Positions 29,662 to 38,618 of a stretch of DNA of 64,000 nucleotides are shown here, one piece after another. Source of the DNA: Halorarum halobium (lineage in GTDB: Archaea > Halobacteriota > Halobacteria > Halobacteriales > Haloferacaceae); NCBI RefSeq assembly GCF_032116555.1, contig NZ_CP134949.1:1612001-1676000 (forward strand). Reading direction: 5' to 3'. The translations under genes were made by a program, and so were the position numbers. The notes under the pieces were generated by a model. The model made no database searches. It was given only the letters and a program-made list of their open reading frames with translations, and was not told where the DNA came from. How positions within the stretch are numbered: the first letter of the stretch is position 1; every line of letters begins with the position of its first letter.

Positions 29662-30702
29662 TTAGATCCAGCCTTCCGCCGCGAGCAGTTCGCCGTTGAG
29701 CACCGACGCGCCCGCGGCACCGCGGACGGTGTTGTGCGCGAGGCAGTTGTACTTCACGCCCTCGGCCGTGGTCCGGACGCCGCCGGCGACGATCTGCATG
29801 CCGTCGCCCCGCATCCGGTCCATCCGGGGCTGGGGGCGGTCGGGGTCCTCCGGGCCGAACACGTGGATGAGCGGGTCGGGCGAGGACGGGAGGTCCCCAC
29901 CGGGGAGGGCGGCCATCGCGTCCCGTACCTCGTCCGGGTCGGGGTCGGCAGTCGTCTCGGCGAACACGTTCTCCAGGTGACCATCGAGCGTCGGGATGCG
30001 GTTACAGGAGGCGGCAACGTCCGCGTCGTGGAGCGATAGCTCCGCGCCGTCGAAGGAGCCGAGCAGCTTCCGGGATTCGGACTCCATCTTCTCCTCCTCG
30101 CCGCCGATGTGGGGGACCGCGTTGTCGATGATCTCCATCGAGGTGACACCCGAGTAGCCCGCGCCCGACACCGCCTGGAGCGTCGAGACGTGGACGCGTT
30201 CGAGGCCGAACTCGTCGAGCGCGGCCAGCGTCGGCACCATCGTGATGGTCGAGCAGTTCGGGTTCTTGATGAGCGCGCCGTCCCAGCCGCGCTCGTCCCG
30301 CTGAACCTCGATGAGGCCGAGGTGGTCCGGGTTGATCTCGGGGATGGTGAGCGGGACGTCCGCCGCCATCCGGTCGTTCGAGGAGTTCGAGGAGACGACG
30401 TAGCCCGCCTCACAGAGCCCGGGTTCCACCTCGGCGGCGACGCCGGAGGGGAGCGAGGAAAAGAGCAGGTCGACGTCGTCCGGGATCGCTTCGGGGCTCG
30501 TCTCGCGGACGATCAGATCCGCGACGTCGTCGGGGATTGGCGTGTCGACGCGCCACTTCGCCGCGTCGCCGTATGACTTGCCCGCGCTCTCGTCGCTCGC
30601 CGTCACGCAGGCGAGTTCGAACCCCTCGTGGTTTTCGAGTAGCTGGATGAACCGCTGGCCCACGGCGCCCGTCGCGCCGAGGATGCCGACTCGCGTGGTC
30701 AT
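29662..30702 (-). CDS. asd: aspartate-semialdehyde dehydrogenase
   Basis: GATGAVG, NPNCST, QAVSGAG, HNTVRGAAG. Confidence 0.96.
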   Translation of the reverse strand: MTTRVGILGATGAVGQRFIQLLENHEGFELACVTASDESAGKSYGDAAKWRVDTPIPDDVADLIVRETSPEAIPDDVDLLFSSLPSGVAAEVEPGLCEAGYVVSSNSSNDRMAADVPLTIPEINPDHLGLIEVQRDERGWDGALIKNPNCSTITMVPTLAALDEFGLERVHVSTLQAVSGAGYSGVTSMEIIDNAVPHIGGEEEKMESESRKLLGSFDGAELSLHDADVAASCNRIPTLDGHLENVFAETTADPDPDEVRDAMAALPGGDLPSSPDPLIHVFGPEDPDRPQPRMDRMRGDGMQIVAGGVRTTAEGVKYNCLAHNTVRGAAGASVLNGELLAAEGWI

Positions 30703-30897
30703 TGTGTGCCCCTGTGTCACACGAGCATAAGACGGTTCGGATTCGGGTGAGGGCGGCCAGATTTACCGTAACAGCGAGTCGTCATGGAACGGTCGCGCCC
30801 GGCGACGAATCGTCGAACTCGGGCGTGATCTGGCGACGGTTCGACGGTCGCCCGCGAGCCGCGACGATGGGGTGGACGTGGTCATGCGCGTTCGGAC

Positions 30898-32064
30898 TTA
30901 CAGTGCCGCGTCGAACGCGCGCTGGAGGTCCGACTTCATGTCGTCGACGTGCTCGACGCCGACCGAGACGCGGACGAGTCCGTCCGTGAGCCCCGCCGCG
31001 AGCCGCTCCTCGCGGGGGATGGCGGCGTGGGTCATCGAGGCCGGCTGCTCGATGAGGCTCTCGACGCCGCCGAGACTCTCGGCGAGCGTGAACACGTCCG
31101 TCTCCGAGACGACGGTGCTGGCCTGCTCCAGCGTCCCGTCGAACTCGAAGGAGAGCATCCCGCCGAAGTCGTCCATCTGTTCGGCCGCGAGGTCGTGTTG
31201 CGGGTGGGAGTCGAGGCCGGGATAGAACACCTCCGAGACGTGCTCGTGCTCGTCGAGCCAGCGTGCGAGTTCGGTCGCGTTCTCGCAGTGGCGGTCCATC
31301 CTGACGGGGAGCGTCTTCGTCCCGCGGAGCACGAGAAAGCAGTCGAACGGCGAGGGCGTCGCGCCGACGGAGTTCTGGTAGAAGCCGATGCGCTCGTCGA
31401 GCGTCTCGTCGTCGGTGACGAGCGCGCCGCCCACCACGTCCGAGTGGCCGCCGAGGTACTTCGTGAGCGAGTGTGAGACGACGTCCGCGCCGTGCTCCAG
31501 TGGCCGCTGGAGGTACGGCGTGGCGAACGTGTTGTCGACCGCACAGAGCGCGTCGAACTCGTGGGCCAGGTCGGCGAGCGCGCCGATGTCGTTGACGTTC
31601 ATCCGGGGGTTGGTCGGCGTCTCGACCCAGAGGAGTTCAGTCGAATCGCCCATCGCGTCGCGCACGGCGTCGTGGTCGGTCGTGTCCACGAAGTCGAACG
31701 AGAGGTCGTACTCCTCGTACACCTGCGTGAAGATGCGGTGGGTGCCGCCGTACACGTCGTCGCCGGCGACGACGTGGTCGCCCGCCTCCAGCAGGTTCAG
31801 GACGGTGTTGATGGAGCCCATCCCCGAGGAGAACGCGCGGCCGAACTCGCCGCCCTCCAGGGCCGCGAGGTTCGCCTCCAGGTCGGTCCGCGTCGGGTTC
31901 CCGGTCCTGCTGTACTCGTAGCCGCGGTGGTCGCCCGGCGCGTCCTGCTCGTACGTGGAGTTGGCGTAGATGGGCGTCATCAGCGCGCCCGTCTCCTCGT
32001 CCGGGTCCTGTCCGGCGTGGACCGCGTTCGTCTCGATACGGAACGTCTCGGGTTCCTCGGTCAT
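30898..32064 (-). CDS. cystathionine gamma-synthase/lyase (PLP)
   Basis: YSRTGNPT, ETPTNP, DNTFATP, SLTKYLGGHSD, AESLGG. Confidence 0.93.
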   Translation of the reverse strand: MTEEPETFRIETNAVHAGQDPDEETGALMTPIYANSTYEQDAPGDHRGYEYSRTGNPTRTDLEANLAALEGGEFGRAFSSGMGSINTVLNLLEAGDHVVAGDDVYGGTHRIFTQVYEEYDLSFDFVDTTDHDAVRDAMGDSTELLWVETPTNPRMNVNDIGALADLAHEFDALCAVDNTFATPYLQRPLEHGADVVSHSLTKYLGGHSDVVGGALVTDDETLDERIGFYQNSVGATPSPFDCFLVLRGTKTLPVRMDRHCENATELARWLDEHEHVSEVFYPGLDSHPQHDLAAEQMDDFGGMLSFEFDGTLEQASTVVSETDVFTLAESLGGVESLIEQPASMTHAAIPREERLAAGLTDGLVRVSVGVEHVDDMKSDLQRAFDAAL

Positions 32065-32211
32065 GTTCCCCGGTGTGCGGGCCCGCCGTGTCACTCTTGC
32101 CATCCGGGACGCGTCCCGTCCGCTCGGGCGGTCGGAGCGTCCCTCCCGCGCGCAGTCGTTTCGGGGGCGTTCGGAGCGCGGATTTAAAAGTCGTCACCGA
32201 ATAGGAGGTGC

Positions 32212-32736
32212 ATGGCCAAGTACTCCACCGGCAGCGGGGGCGGTGGCGACGGCGCGGACGCCTGCGAACTCTGCGGCCGCGAGGGCTCGTCGCTGACCCG
32301 CGCCAACGTCGCGGGCGCGGACCTGCTCGTCTGCTCGAACTGTGCGCCCCACGGCGAGAACCGCAGCCAGCGCCGGAAGAAGTCCGAGCAGGAGGGCGGC
32401 TCCCGCGACGACACCGAGACGAACCGGAAGAAGCGCGCCGCACAGAACACGGCCCGCGTGTACGACGCCTCCCGCGCGAACACCAAGCGCTGGGAGGAGG
32501 AGGGGACCGACTACGAGGAGGACCGCCTCCCGTACCTCGTCGACGAATACGGCGATCGCGCCGAGACGGCTCGACGGGACGAGGGACTGACCGTCGAGGA
32601 GCTCGCGGACGAGATCGCCGTCGACGAGGACGACCTGCACGCCGTCGAGGAGGGCCGGGCCTCCCGCGCGAACGTCGGCGGCTCGGTCATCGGCAAGCTC
32701 GAGGAGCGGCTCGGCGTCGAACTGGCCGACGAGTAA
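32212..32736 (+). CDS. archaeal MBF1-like Zn-ribbon/HTH protein
   Basis: CELCG...CSNC and C-terminal Xre-type HTH. Confidence 0.85.
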   Translation: MAKYSTGSGGGGDGADACELCGREGSSLTRANVAGADLLVCSNCAPHGENRSQRRKKSEQEGGSRDDTETNRKKRAAQNTARVYDASRANTKRWEEEGTDYEEDRLPYLVDEYGDRAETARRDEGLTVEELADEIAVDEDDLHAVEEGRASRANVGGSVIGKLEERLGVELADE

Positions 32737-32775
32737 CCCCGAGCGATTTTTCTCGCCCGCCGGACATCTCCCTCC

Positions 32776-33981
32776 ATGAGCGGAACGCTCGCCCCAGAGG
32801 CGCCCGAGGTCCGCGAGTTCACGGCAACCGTCGAACGGGTCGACGGCGACGCGGTCGAACTCGACGAGACGTACTTCTACGCCGAGTCCGGCGGCCAGCC
32901 GGCCGACCGCGGCACGCTCGACGGCGTCGCCGTCGAGACTGTCCAGGTCGAGGACGGGACCGTGACCCACGAACTCGCGGAGTCCCCCGACTTCGCTGCC
33001 GGCGACGAGGTGGCTGGCGTCGTCGACGACGACTTCCGGACGTACTGCATGCGGGCCCACACGGCGAGCCACCTGCTGTACGGCGCGGGGCAACGCCTCC
33101 TCGACGACCTCGGGTACGGCGGCTTCGACATCTCCCCCGAGAAGGTCCGGGTCGACTTCACCACGACGACCGACATCGACGACGGGACGCTCGTGGAACT
33201 CGAACGGCTGGTCAACCGCGCCGTCTGGGACTCGCTCCCCGTCTCCTGGGCCGAACTGCCCGTCGGGGAGGCGCGCGCCCAGGCCGACGTCGCGTTCAAC
33301 ACGAAGACCGAGGAGGGGGTCATGGCGGACGCCGCGACCGTTCGCGTCGTCACCATCGAGGGGTGGGACCGGGCCGCCTGCGGCGGGACCCACGTCTCGA
33401 ACACGGCCGAAATCGGCCCCGTCACGGTCCGGTCGCGCTCGAACCCCGGCGAGGGGATGACGAGAGTCGAGTTCTCGGTCGGGCCGCCCGCGGTCCGCGC
33501 GGCGGCCGAGCGCCACGGTGCCGCGCGCACGACGGCACGCGAACTCGATAGCTCGACGGCCGAGATGCCGACCGTCGCCGCCGCGCTCCGGGAGGAGCGG
33601 GACGAACTCGAAGCCGAACTGACCGAACTCCGGGGCGAAGTGGTCGAAACCGAACTCCGATCGTTCGAGCGGGTCGAGGCCGACGGCGCGACGTGGCTCC
33701 TCGGGAGCGTGTCGGGCTTCGACGCGAACACGGTGGGCGAGCGGGCGAAAGCCGTCGCGTCCGAGCGCGATCTGGTGGTGGCCGCGGTCGAGGCGGGCCC
33801 GTCCCCCTTCGTCGTCGTCGCCGCCGAGGGTGACGTTCACGCCGGCGACGTGGTCGAGGAACTGACTGACGTCTTCGGCGGCGGCGGCGGCGGTGGCCCG
33901 CCGTTCGCACAGGGGGGCGGCGTGAACGCGGACGCGTCGGAACTGCTGGACTGGCTCCGCACCTACGCGTCAGAGAAGTAA
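32776..33981 (+). CDS. alanyl-tRNA editing protein (AlaX) with C-terminal DHHA1 domain
   Basis: FYAESGGQPAD, HTASH, CGGTH, GGGGG..FAQGG. Confidence 0.9.
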   Translation: MSGTLAPEAPEVREFTATVERVDGDAVELDETYFYAESGGQPADRGTLDGVAVETVQVEDGTVTHELAESPDFAAGDEVAGVVDDDFRTYCMRAHTASHLLYGAGQRLLDDLGYGGFDISPEKVRVDFTTTTDIDDGTLVELERLVNRAVWDSLPVSWAELPVGEARAQADVAFNTKTEEGVMADAATVRVVTIEGWDRAACGGTHVSNTAEIGPVTVRSRSNPGEGMTRVEFSVGPPAVRAAAERHGAARTTARELDSSTAEMPTVAAALREERDELEAELTELRGEVVETELRSFERVEADGATWLLGSVSGFDANTVGERAKAVASERDLVVAAVEAGPSPFVVVAAEGDVHAGDVVEELTDVFGGGGGGGPPFAQGGGVNADASELLDWLRTYASEK

Positions 33982-34208
33982 TCGAGCGCGACGTAGAGGA
34001 GCCACATCAGCGCGAAGAAGCCGACGATGACGGGGCCGAGCTCCGGCGACCCGAGCGCCGCGGCGACGAGCCAGAGCAGGATCCCGACGGCCGCGAAGAC
34101 GACCCCCGCGCCGAGTTCGTTCAGTTCGTCCTCGCCGCCGGGCGGGAGTCGACGTCGGATCCTGAGGTAGAGCCGTTCGGACTCGTCGTGTTCGTGGTCG
34201 GCCGACAT
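33963..34208 (-). CDS. small membrane protein
   Basis: Two TM helices; convergent overlap with the alaX 3' end. Confidence 0.6.
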   Translation of the reverse strand: MSADHEHDESERLYLRIRRRLPPGGEDELNELGAGVVFAAVGILLWLVAAALGSPELGPVIVGFFALMWLLYVALDYFSDA

Positions 34209-34311
34209 GGGAATCGGTTCGCCGGACAGCCGGAAGTGTGTTCCCCGTTCCGGGCCGAGTCGGGAGTTTCGAGTCGGGTACGTTTAACCTCGGCCGCCCG
34301 AACGGGCGCAC

Positions 34312-35466
34312 ATGACGGACGCTTACGGCCACTCGGACTCGCTGCTCACCGAGGAGCAGCGGGCCATCCGCGAGGTGGTCCGCGAGTTCGCACTCGAGGA
34401 GATCCGCCCCGGCGCGCGGGAGGCCGACGAGACCGAGACGTTCCCGGAAGACGCGTGGGACGACCTCGCCGATCTCGACCTGACTGGACTTACCGTCCCC
34501 GCGGAGTACGGCGGGTTCGACGCCGACCGGCGGACGTACGCGCTGGTGAACGAGGAGCTCGCCTACGGCCAGCTCGCGGTCGCAACCGCGCTCTCGGTCC
34601 ACAGTCTCGCCACCTCGTGCATCGCCGAGTTCGGAAGCGAGGCGGTCCGGGAGGAGTGGCTCCCCAAGATGGTCGAGGGCCGTCCGGTCGGCGCGTTCTG
34701 TCTCTCCGAGCCCCACGCGGGGTCGAACCCCGCGGAGATGTCGACGACCGCGGTCAGGGACGGTGACGAGTACGTCCTGAACGGCGACAAGCAGTGGATC
34801 ACGAACGGCGAGCGCGCCGGCGTCTACGTCGTCTTCGCCAGGGCCGACCCGGAGGATCCGGGGTCGATCACGCAGTTCCTCGTCCCGGCCGACTACGACG
34901 GCGTCACCGTCGGCAGGAAGGAGGACAAACTCGGCCTCAGGGCGTCCGACACCACGGCGATGCAGTTCGACGACGTCCGGCTCCCGGAACGCTACCGTCT
35001 CACCGAGGAGGGGAAGGGGCTGAGCGCGGCGTTCCGCATCCTCACGGGCGGTCGCATCGCCATCGCGGCACAGGCGGTTGGCCTCGCGCAGGCGGCCATC
35101 GACGAGGCGGTCGAGTACGCGTGGGAGCGCGAGCAGTTCGACGGGCCGATCGCGGAGATTCAGAGCGTTCGCCACAAGGTCTCCGAGATGGCGACGAACG
35201 CGCAGGCCGCTCGGCTGCTCGTTCGTGAGGCCGCAAGACAGGCCGACGCGGGCGAGGACCCACGTCTCGTCGCGGCGATGGCGAAGTACTTCGCCAGCGA
35301 GACGGCCGTCGACGTGACGAACGAGGCGGTCCAGATCCACGGCGGCTACGGCTACATGTCCGAGTTCGACGTGGAGCGGTTCTACCGCGACGCGAAGATC
35401 ACGACCATCTACGAGGGGACCACGGAGATCCAGAAGAAGATCATCGCGCGCGAGGTCCTGGGGTAA
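34312..35466 (+). CDS. acyl-CoA dehydrogenase
   Basis: LSEPHAGS, KQWITNG, QIHGGYGY, IYEGTTEIQ. Confidence 0.95.
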   Translation: MTDAYGHSDSLLTEEQRAIREVVREFALEEIRPGAREADETETFPEDAWDDLADLDLTGLTVPAEYGGFDADRRTYALVNEELAYGQLAVATALSVHSLATSCIAEFGSEAVREEWLPKMVEGRPVGAFCLSEPHAGSNPAEMSTTAVRDGDEYVLNGDKQWITNGERAGVYVVFARADPEDPGSITQFLVPADYDGVTVGRKEDKLGLRASDTTAMQFDDVRLPERYRLTEEGKGLSAAFRILTGGRIAIAAQAVGLAQAAIDEAVEYAWEREQFDGPIAEIQSVRHKVSEMATNAQAARLLVREAARQADAGEDPRLVAAMAKYFASETAVDVTNEAVQIHGGYGYMSEFDVERFYRDAKITTIYEGTTEIQKKIIAREVLG

Positions 35467-35571
35467 CGCGTCGCCGTCCCGTGGGATACCACGCGTCGCG
35501 TCCGCGAACCTCCGGAGAAATCACGGCAGGCCGACCGTACGCTTTTATCGCCGTGGCGCATCCGACCGGGC

Positions 35572-36102
35572 GTGAACCGGGCCGACTTCCGCGAGTTCGA
35601 CGCAGTCGTCTACGACCTCGACGGGACGCTGGTTCGACTCGCGGTCGACTGGGACGAGGCGACCCGGGACGTCGTGACGCTGTTCGAGCGGCACGGACAC
35701 GAGACGAACGGGATGGGTCTCTGGGAGCTCCTCGAACGCGCCGACGACGTCGGCCTTCGAACCGAACTGGAGGAGATTCTCGCCGAACACGAGAGGGACG
35801 GGGCTCGCCTGTCGGAACGCCTCTCCCCGGCCGACGACCTCCCGCTGTCCGTGGCGACGGGGGTCTGCTCGCTGAACTGTGAGTCGGCCTGTCGCGTCGC
35901 GCTCGAGGGCCATCGCCTGAGCGACCACGTCGACGCGGTGGTCGGGCGGGACACGGTCGGGACGTACAAACCGGATCCCGAGCCGCTGCTCGCTACGCTC
36001 CGGATGCTCGAAACGCCGCCCGAGGAGGCACTGTTCGTCGGCGATTCCGAGCGGGACGAGCTGACCGCGGACCGGGCCGGCGTCGCGTTCGAGTGGGTCT
36101 GA
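35572..36102 (+). CDS. HAD family hydrolase
   Basis: DLDGTL, KPDP, VGDSERD. Confidence 0.9.
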   Translation: MNRADFREFDAVVYDLDGTLVRLAVDWDEATRDVVTLFERHGHETNGMGLWELLERADDVGLRTELEEILAEHERDGARLSERLSPADDLPLSVATGVCSLNCESACRVALEGHRLSDHVDAVVGRDTVGTYKPDPEPLLATLRMLETPPEEALFVGDSERDELTADRAGVAFEWV

Positions 36103-36120
36103 CGGGAGTCCGGGGCCGAG

Positions 36121-36351
36121 TTACCGGGTCCACCGGGCGTAAAAGTACACCGAGAGCGCCGTGAGGAACCAGATTACGGCACCGACGCGGACGGCGAACT
36201 CCGCGCGTGCTCCCCACGTCGGGAGGGTCGCGAACGTCGAGAGCCCGGTCACGACGGGCGCGCCGACGACGATGGTCACGACGAACGTCGTCTGCATGAC
36301 CCAGGCGTAGTCGATCCCGTCGGGGTTCGTCGTCTCGACGCGCTGTGGCAC
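36121..36351 (-). CDS. small membrane protein (DUF5822-like)
   Basis: GIDYAWVMQTTF, FAVRVGA. Confidence 0.75.
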   Translation of the reverse strand: MPQRVETTNPDGIDYAWVMQTTFVVTIVVGAPVVTGLSTFATLPTWGARAEFAVRVGAVIWFLTALSVYFYARWTR

Positions 36352-36482
36352 GGATCGACGTTCGGGTCGCCGCGCTAAGTGGTGTCGGTTCGGAGCGTAT
36401 GCCGGGACCAGTCCCCGAGAGACCGGGGTGGCGACGTTCCGGAACCGAGAGAGTTTATCACGTCACCCTCGAACACGCTCGC

Positions 36483-37295
36483 ATGACCACGACGCGGACG
36501 GTCAGGGAGATGGCCGGCGAGGAGCCGATCACGATGCTCACGGCCTACGACGCGCCGACCGCCGAGGTGATAGAGGAAGCCGGCGTCGACGTGATCCTCG
36601 TCGGCGACAGCATGGGGAACGCCGTGCTCGGCTACGATTCGACCCTCCCCGTCACCGTCGATGAGGTTGCGAGTCGGACCGGCGCAGTCGCTCGCGCGAC
36701 CGACGACGCGCTCGTCGTCGCCGACATGCCGTTCCTCTCGTTCGGCGTCGACGACGCCGAGAGCATCGAGAACGCCGGTCGGATGCTCAAGGAGGCGGAT
36801 GCGGACGCTGTCAAGCTAGAGAGCGGGCCCCACACGGTCGAGTTGACGCGGCGGCTCACGGACCTCGGGATTCCCGTGATGGCACACCTCGGGTTGACTC
36901 CACAGCACGTCAATCAGCTCGGCGGATACACTCGGCAGGGGACCGAGCGCGACGCCGCCGAGGAGATCGTCGAGCTCGCACGTGACCACGAGGAAGCCGG
37001 CGCGTTCTCGCTCGTGCTCGAGCACGTCCCGTCGAACCTGGCCCGTCAGGTGACCGAGGCGCTCTCGATTCCCACGATCGGCATCGGTGCCGGACCGGAC
37101 ACCGACGGACAGGTGCTCGTCGTCACCGACGTGCTGGGTCTGGACGACTGGTCGCCGCCGTTTTCGAAGCAGTTCGGCGACGTGCGCGGGGAGATGCAGC
37201 GGGCCGTTTCCGAGTACAGACGAGCGGTCGAATCGGGAGAGTTTCCGGCCGAGGAGCACAGTCACGTCGAGCACGACGTCGACGACGTGTACTGA
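36483..37295 (+). CDS. panB: 3-methyl-2-oxobutanoate hydroxymethyltransferase
   Basis: MLTAYD, LVGDS, VADMPF, HLGLTPQ, TIGIGAG, DGQVLV. Confidence 0.96.
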   Translation: MTTTRTVREMAGEEPITMLTAYDAPTAEVIEEAGVDVILVGDSMGNAVLGYDSTLPVTVDEVASRTGAVARATDDALVVADMPFLSFGVDDAESIENAGRMLKEADADAVKLESGPHTVELTRRLTDLGIPVMAHLGLTPQHVNQLGGYTRQGTERDAAEEIVELARDHEEAGAFSLVLEHVPSNLARQVTEALSIPTIGIGAGPDTDGQVLVVTDVLGLDDWSPPFSKQFGDVRGEMQRAVSEYRRAVESGEFPAEEHSHVEHDVDDVY

Positions 37296-37445
37296 ACCCG
37301 CTCGGTCCGCGGATGGGGGCGAACAGGTGGTTCCCGTCGATCGAGTCAGGGTCCCGAAGCGGTGAACCACGCGACTGCGGACGCTCCGGGGCGATCGGTC
37401 ACGTCACACCGGCCGTGGTCCCGTTCCCGTATTTGAACGTTCGCC

Positions 37446-38216
37446 TCAGACGTCGTCGAGCCAGTCGGCCAGCGAGTCGTTGAACGCCTCCGGTCGTTCG
37501 AGCATGGCGAGGTGCGCGGCGTCCTTGAGGACGGCGAGCTCCCCGTTCGGGATCCGTTCGGCGAGATACTCGTGGTACGACAGCGGCGTCAGGTGGTCGT
37601 GTTCGCCAACGAGCGCCAGCGTGGGGACGTCGATCTCATCGAGCCGTTCGCGGACGTCGAACGTGTGGCAGGTCCGGAAGTCGCGTTCGACGACGGGGCG
37701 TCCGGTCTCGCGCATCGCCCGCCGCGAGAGGTCGAGGTGGCGCGCGTCGACGTCGTGGAAGAACCGGTCCTCCGCGTGAAGGAACTCGATCGCCCGGTCG
37801 AAATCGTCCGCGAGCCACGCGAGCAGGTCCTCGAGGACGGCGAGTTTGGCACCGGTCCCCGCGAGCACCAGTCCGTCGAGGTTGAGGTCGCGTTCGAGCG
37901 CCGCCCACATCGCCACCGCGCCGCCCAGCGAGTTGCCGACGAGAACGCTCGCGCCGGTCTCGTCCGCGATCGCGACGATGTCGTCGGCGTACGCCTCCAG
38001 CGCGTCCGGCCCCCCGGTCGCGCCCACGTCGTCGCTCTCCCCGTGGCCGCTGAGCTCCAGGGCCACGACGGGGTAGTCGTCGGCGAGCCTCGGCTGGGAC
38101 TTCCAGACGTCGGCGGAACCGCCGCTCCCGTGAACGAACAGCAACCCGGGCCCGTCGCCCCCGCGGTCCGAGACCCGATACGCCGTCCCGCGACCGTGGT
38201 GCGTGACTCGGTTCAT
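37446..38216 (-). CDS. alpha/beta hydrolase
   Basis: VHGSGG, GNSLGG, GEHD, AAHLAMLE. Confidence 0.9.
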   Translation of the reverse strand: MNRVTHHGRGTAYRVSDRGGDGPGLLFVHGSGGSADVWKSQPRLADDYPVVALELSGHGESDDVGATGGPDALEAYADDIVAIADETGASVLVGNSLGGAVAMWAALERDLNLDGLVLAGTGAKLAVLEDLLAWLADDFDRAIEFLHAEDRFFHDVDARHLDLSRRAMRETGRPVVERDFRTCHTFDVRERLDEIDVPTLALVGEHDHLTPLSYHEYLAERIPNGELAVLKDAAHLAMLERPEAFNDSLADWLDDV

Positions 38217-38330
38217 GGCCGTAGTCGGGGGCGCTGTTGCATAAAGCACGGTGCTCGTTTCCGCGTGAACCACAATTCCACCTTGGAACCCGCTGGACCA
38301 CTACTGTACTGCGATTCGTTGGAGAAAGGC

Positions 38331-38340
38331 TTATATATTA
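38331..38340 (+). promoter_or_regulatory. TATA box of the small-protein/cdc48 operon
   Basis: GAGAAAGGC-TTATATATTA about 30 bp upstream of ATG 38370. Confidence 0.6.
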
Positions 38341-38369
38341 ATGCGTATTACCTTGAGTTAGGACATTCC

Positions 38370-38618
38370 ATGAACCAGCCACAATACTCCGGCCGCGCCG
38401 AGCGGTTCGTTCGTCGGTACGACTACGACGATCGGACCGTCCTCGCGGCCGACACCGGCGCTGCCGACGACGCCCTCTCGGTCGACATCCTCGAGGAGAC
38501 GGCGATCGTCGTCGTCGACCGTGACGGCGACGAGGAGGAGTTCGAACTCGACCTCCCCGGATCGGCCGCAACAGTTGACACCCAGAACGGCGTACTCACC
38601 ATCACGATCCCCCAATGA
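38370..38618 (+). CDS. small Hsp20-like protein
   Basis: RRYDYDD..VLAAD...[13 protein letters not shown] overlap with cdc48. Confidence 0.8.
   Translation: MNQPQYSGRAERFVRRYDYDDRTVLAADTGAADDALSVDILEETAIVVVDRDGDEEEFELDLPGSAATVDTQNGVLTITIPQ

Noticed and set aside
26081..29665. 1194-aa ORF and other very long Arg/Gly/Pro-rich ORFs (for example 46024-49917, 46974-49886, 236-2242)
   Set aside because: Shadow frames of real genes in high-GC DNA; basic, low-complexity composition unlike the acidic proteome, and no motifs.
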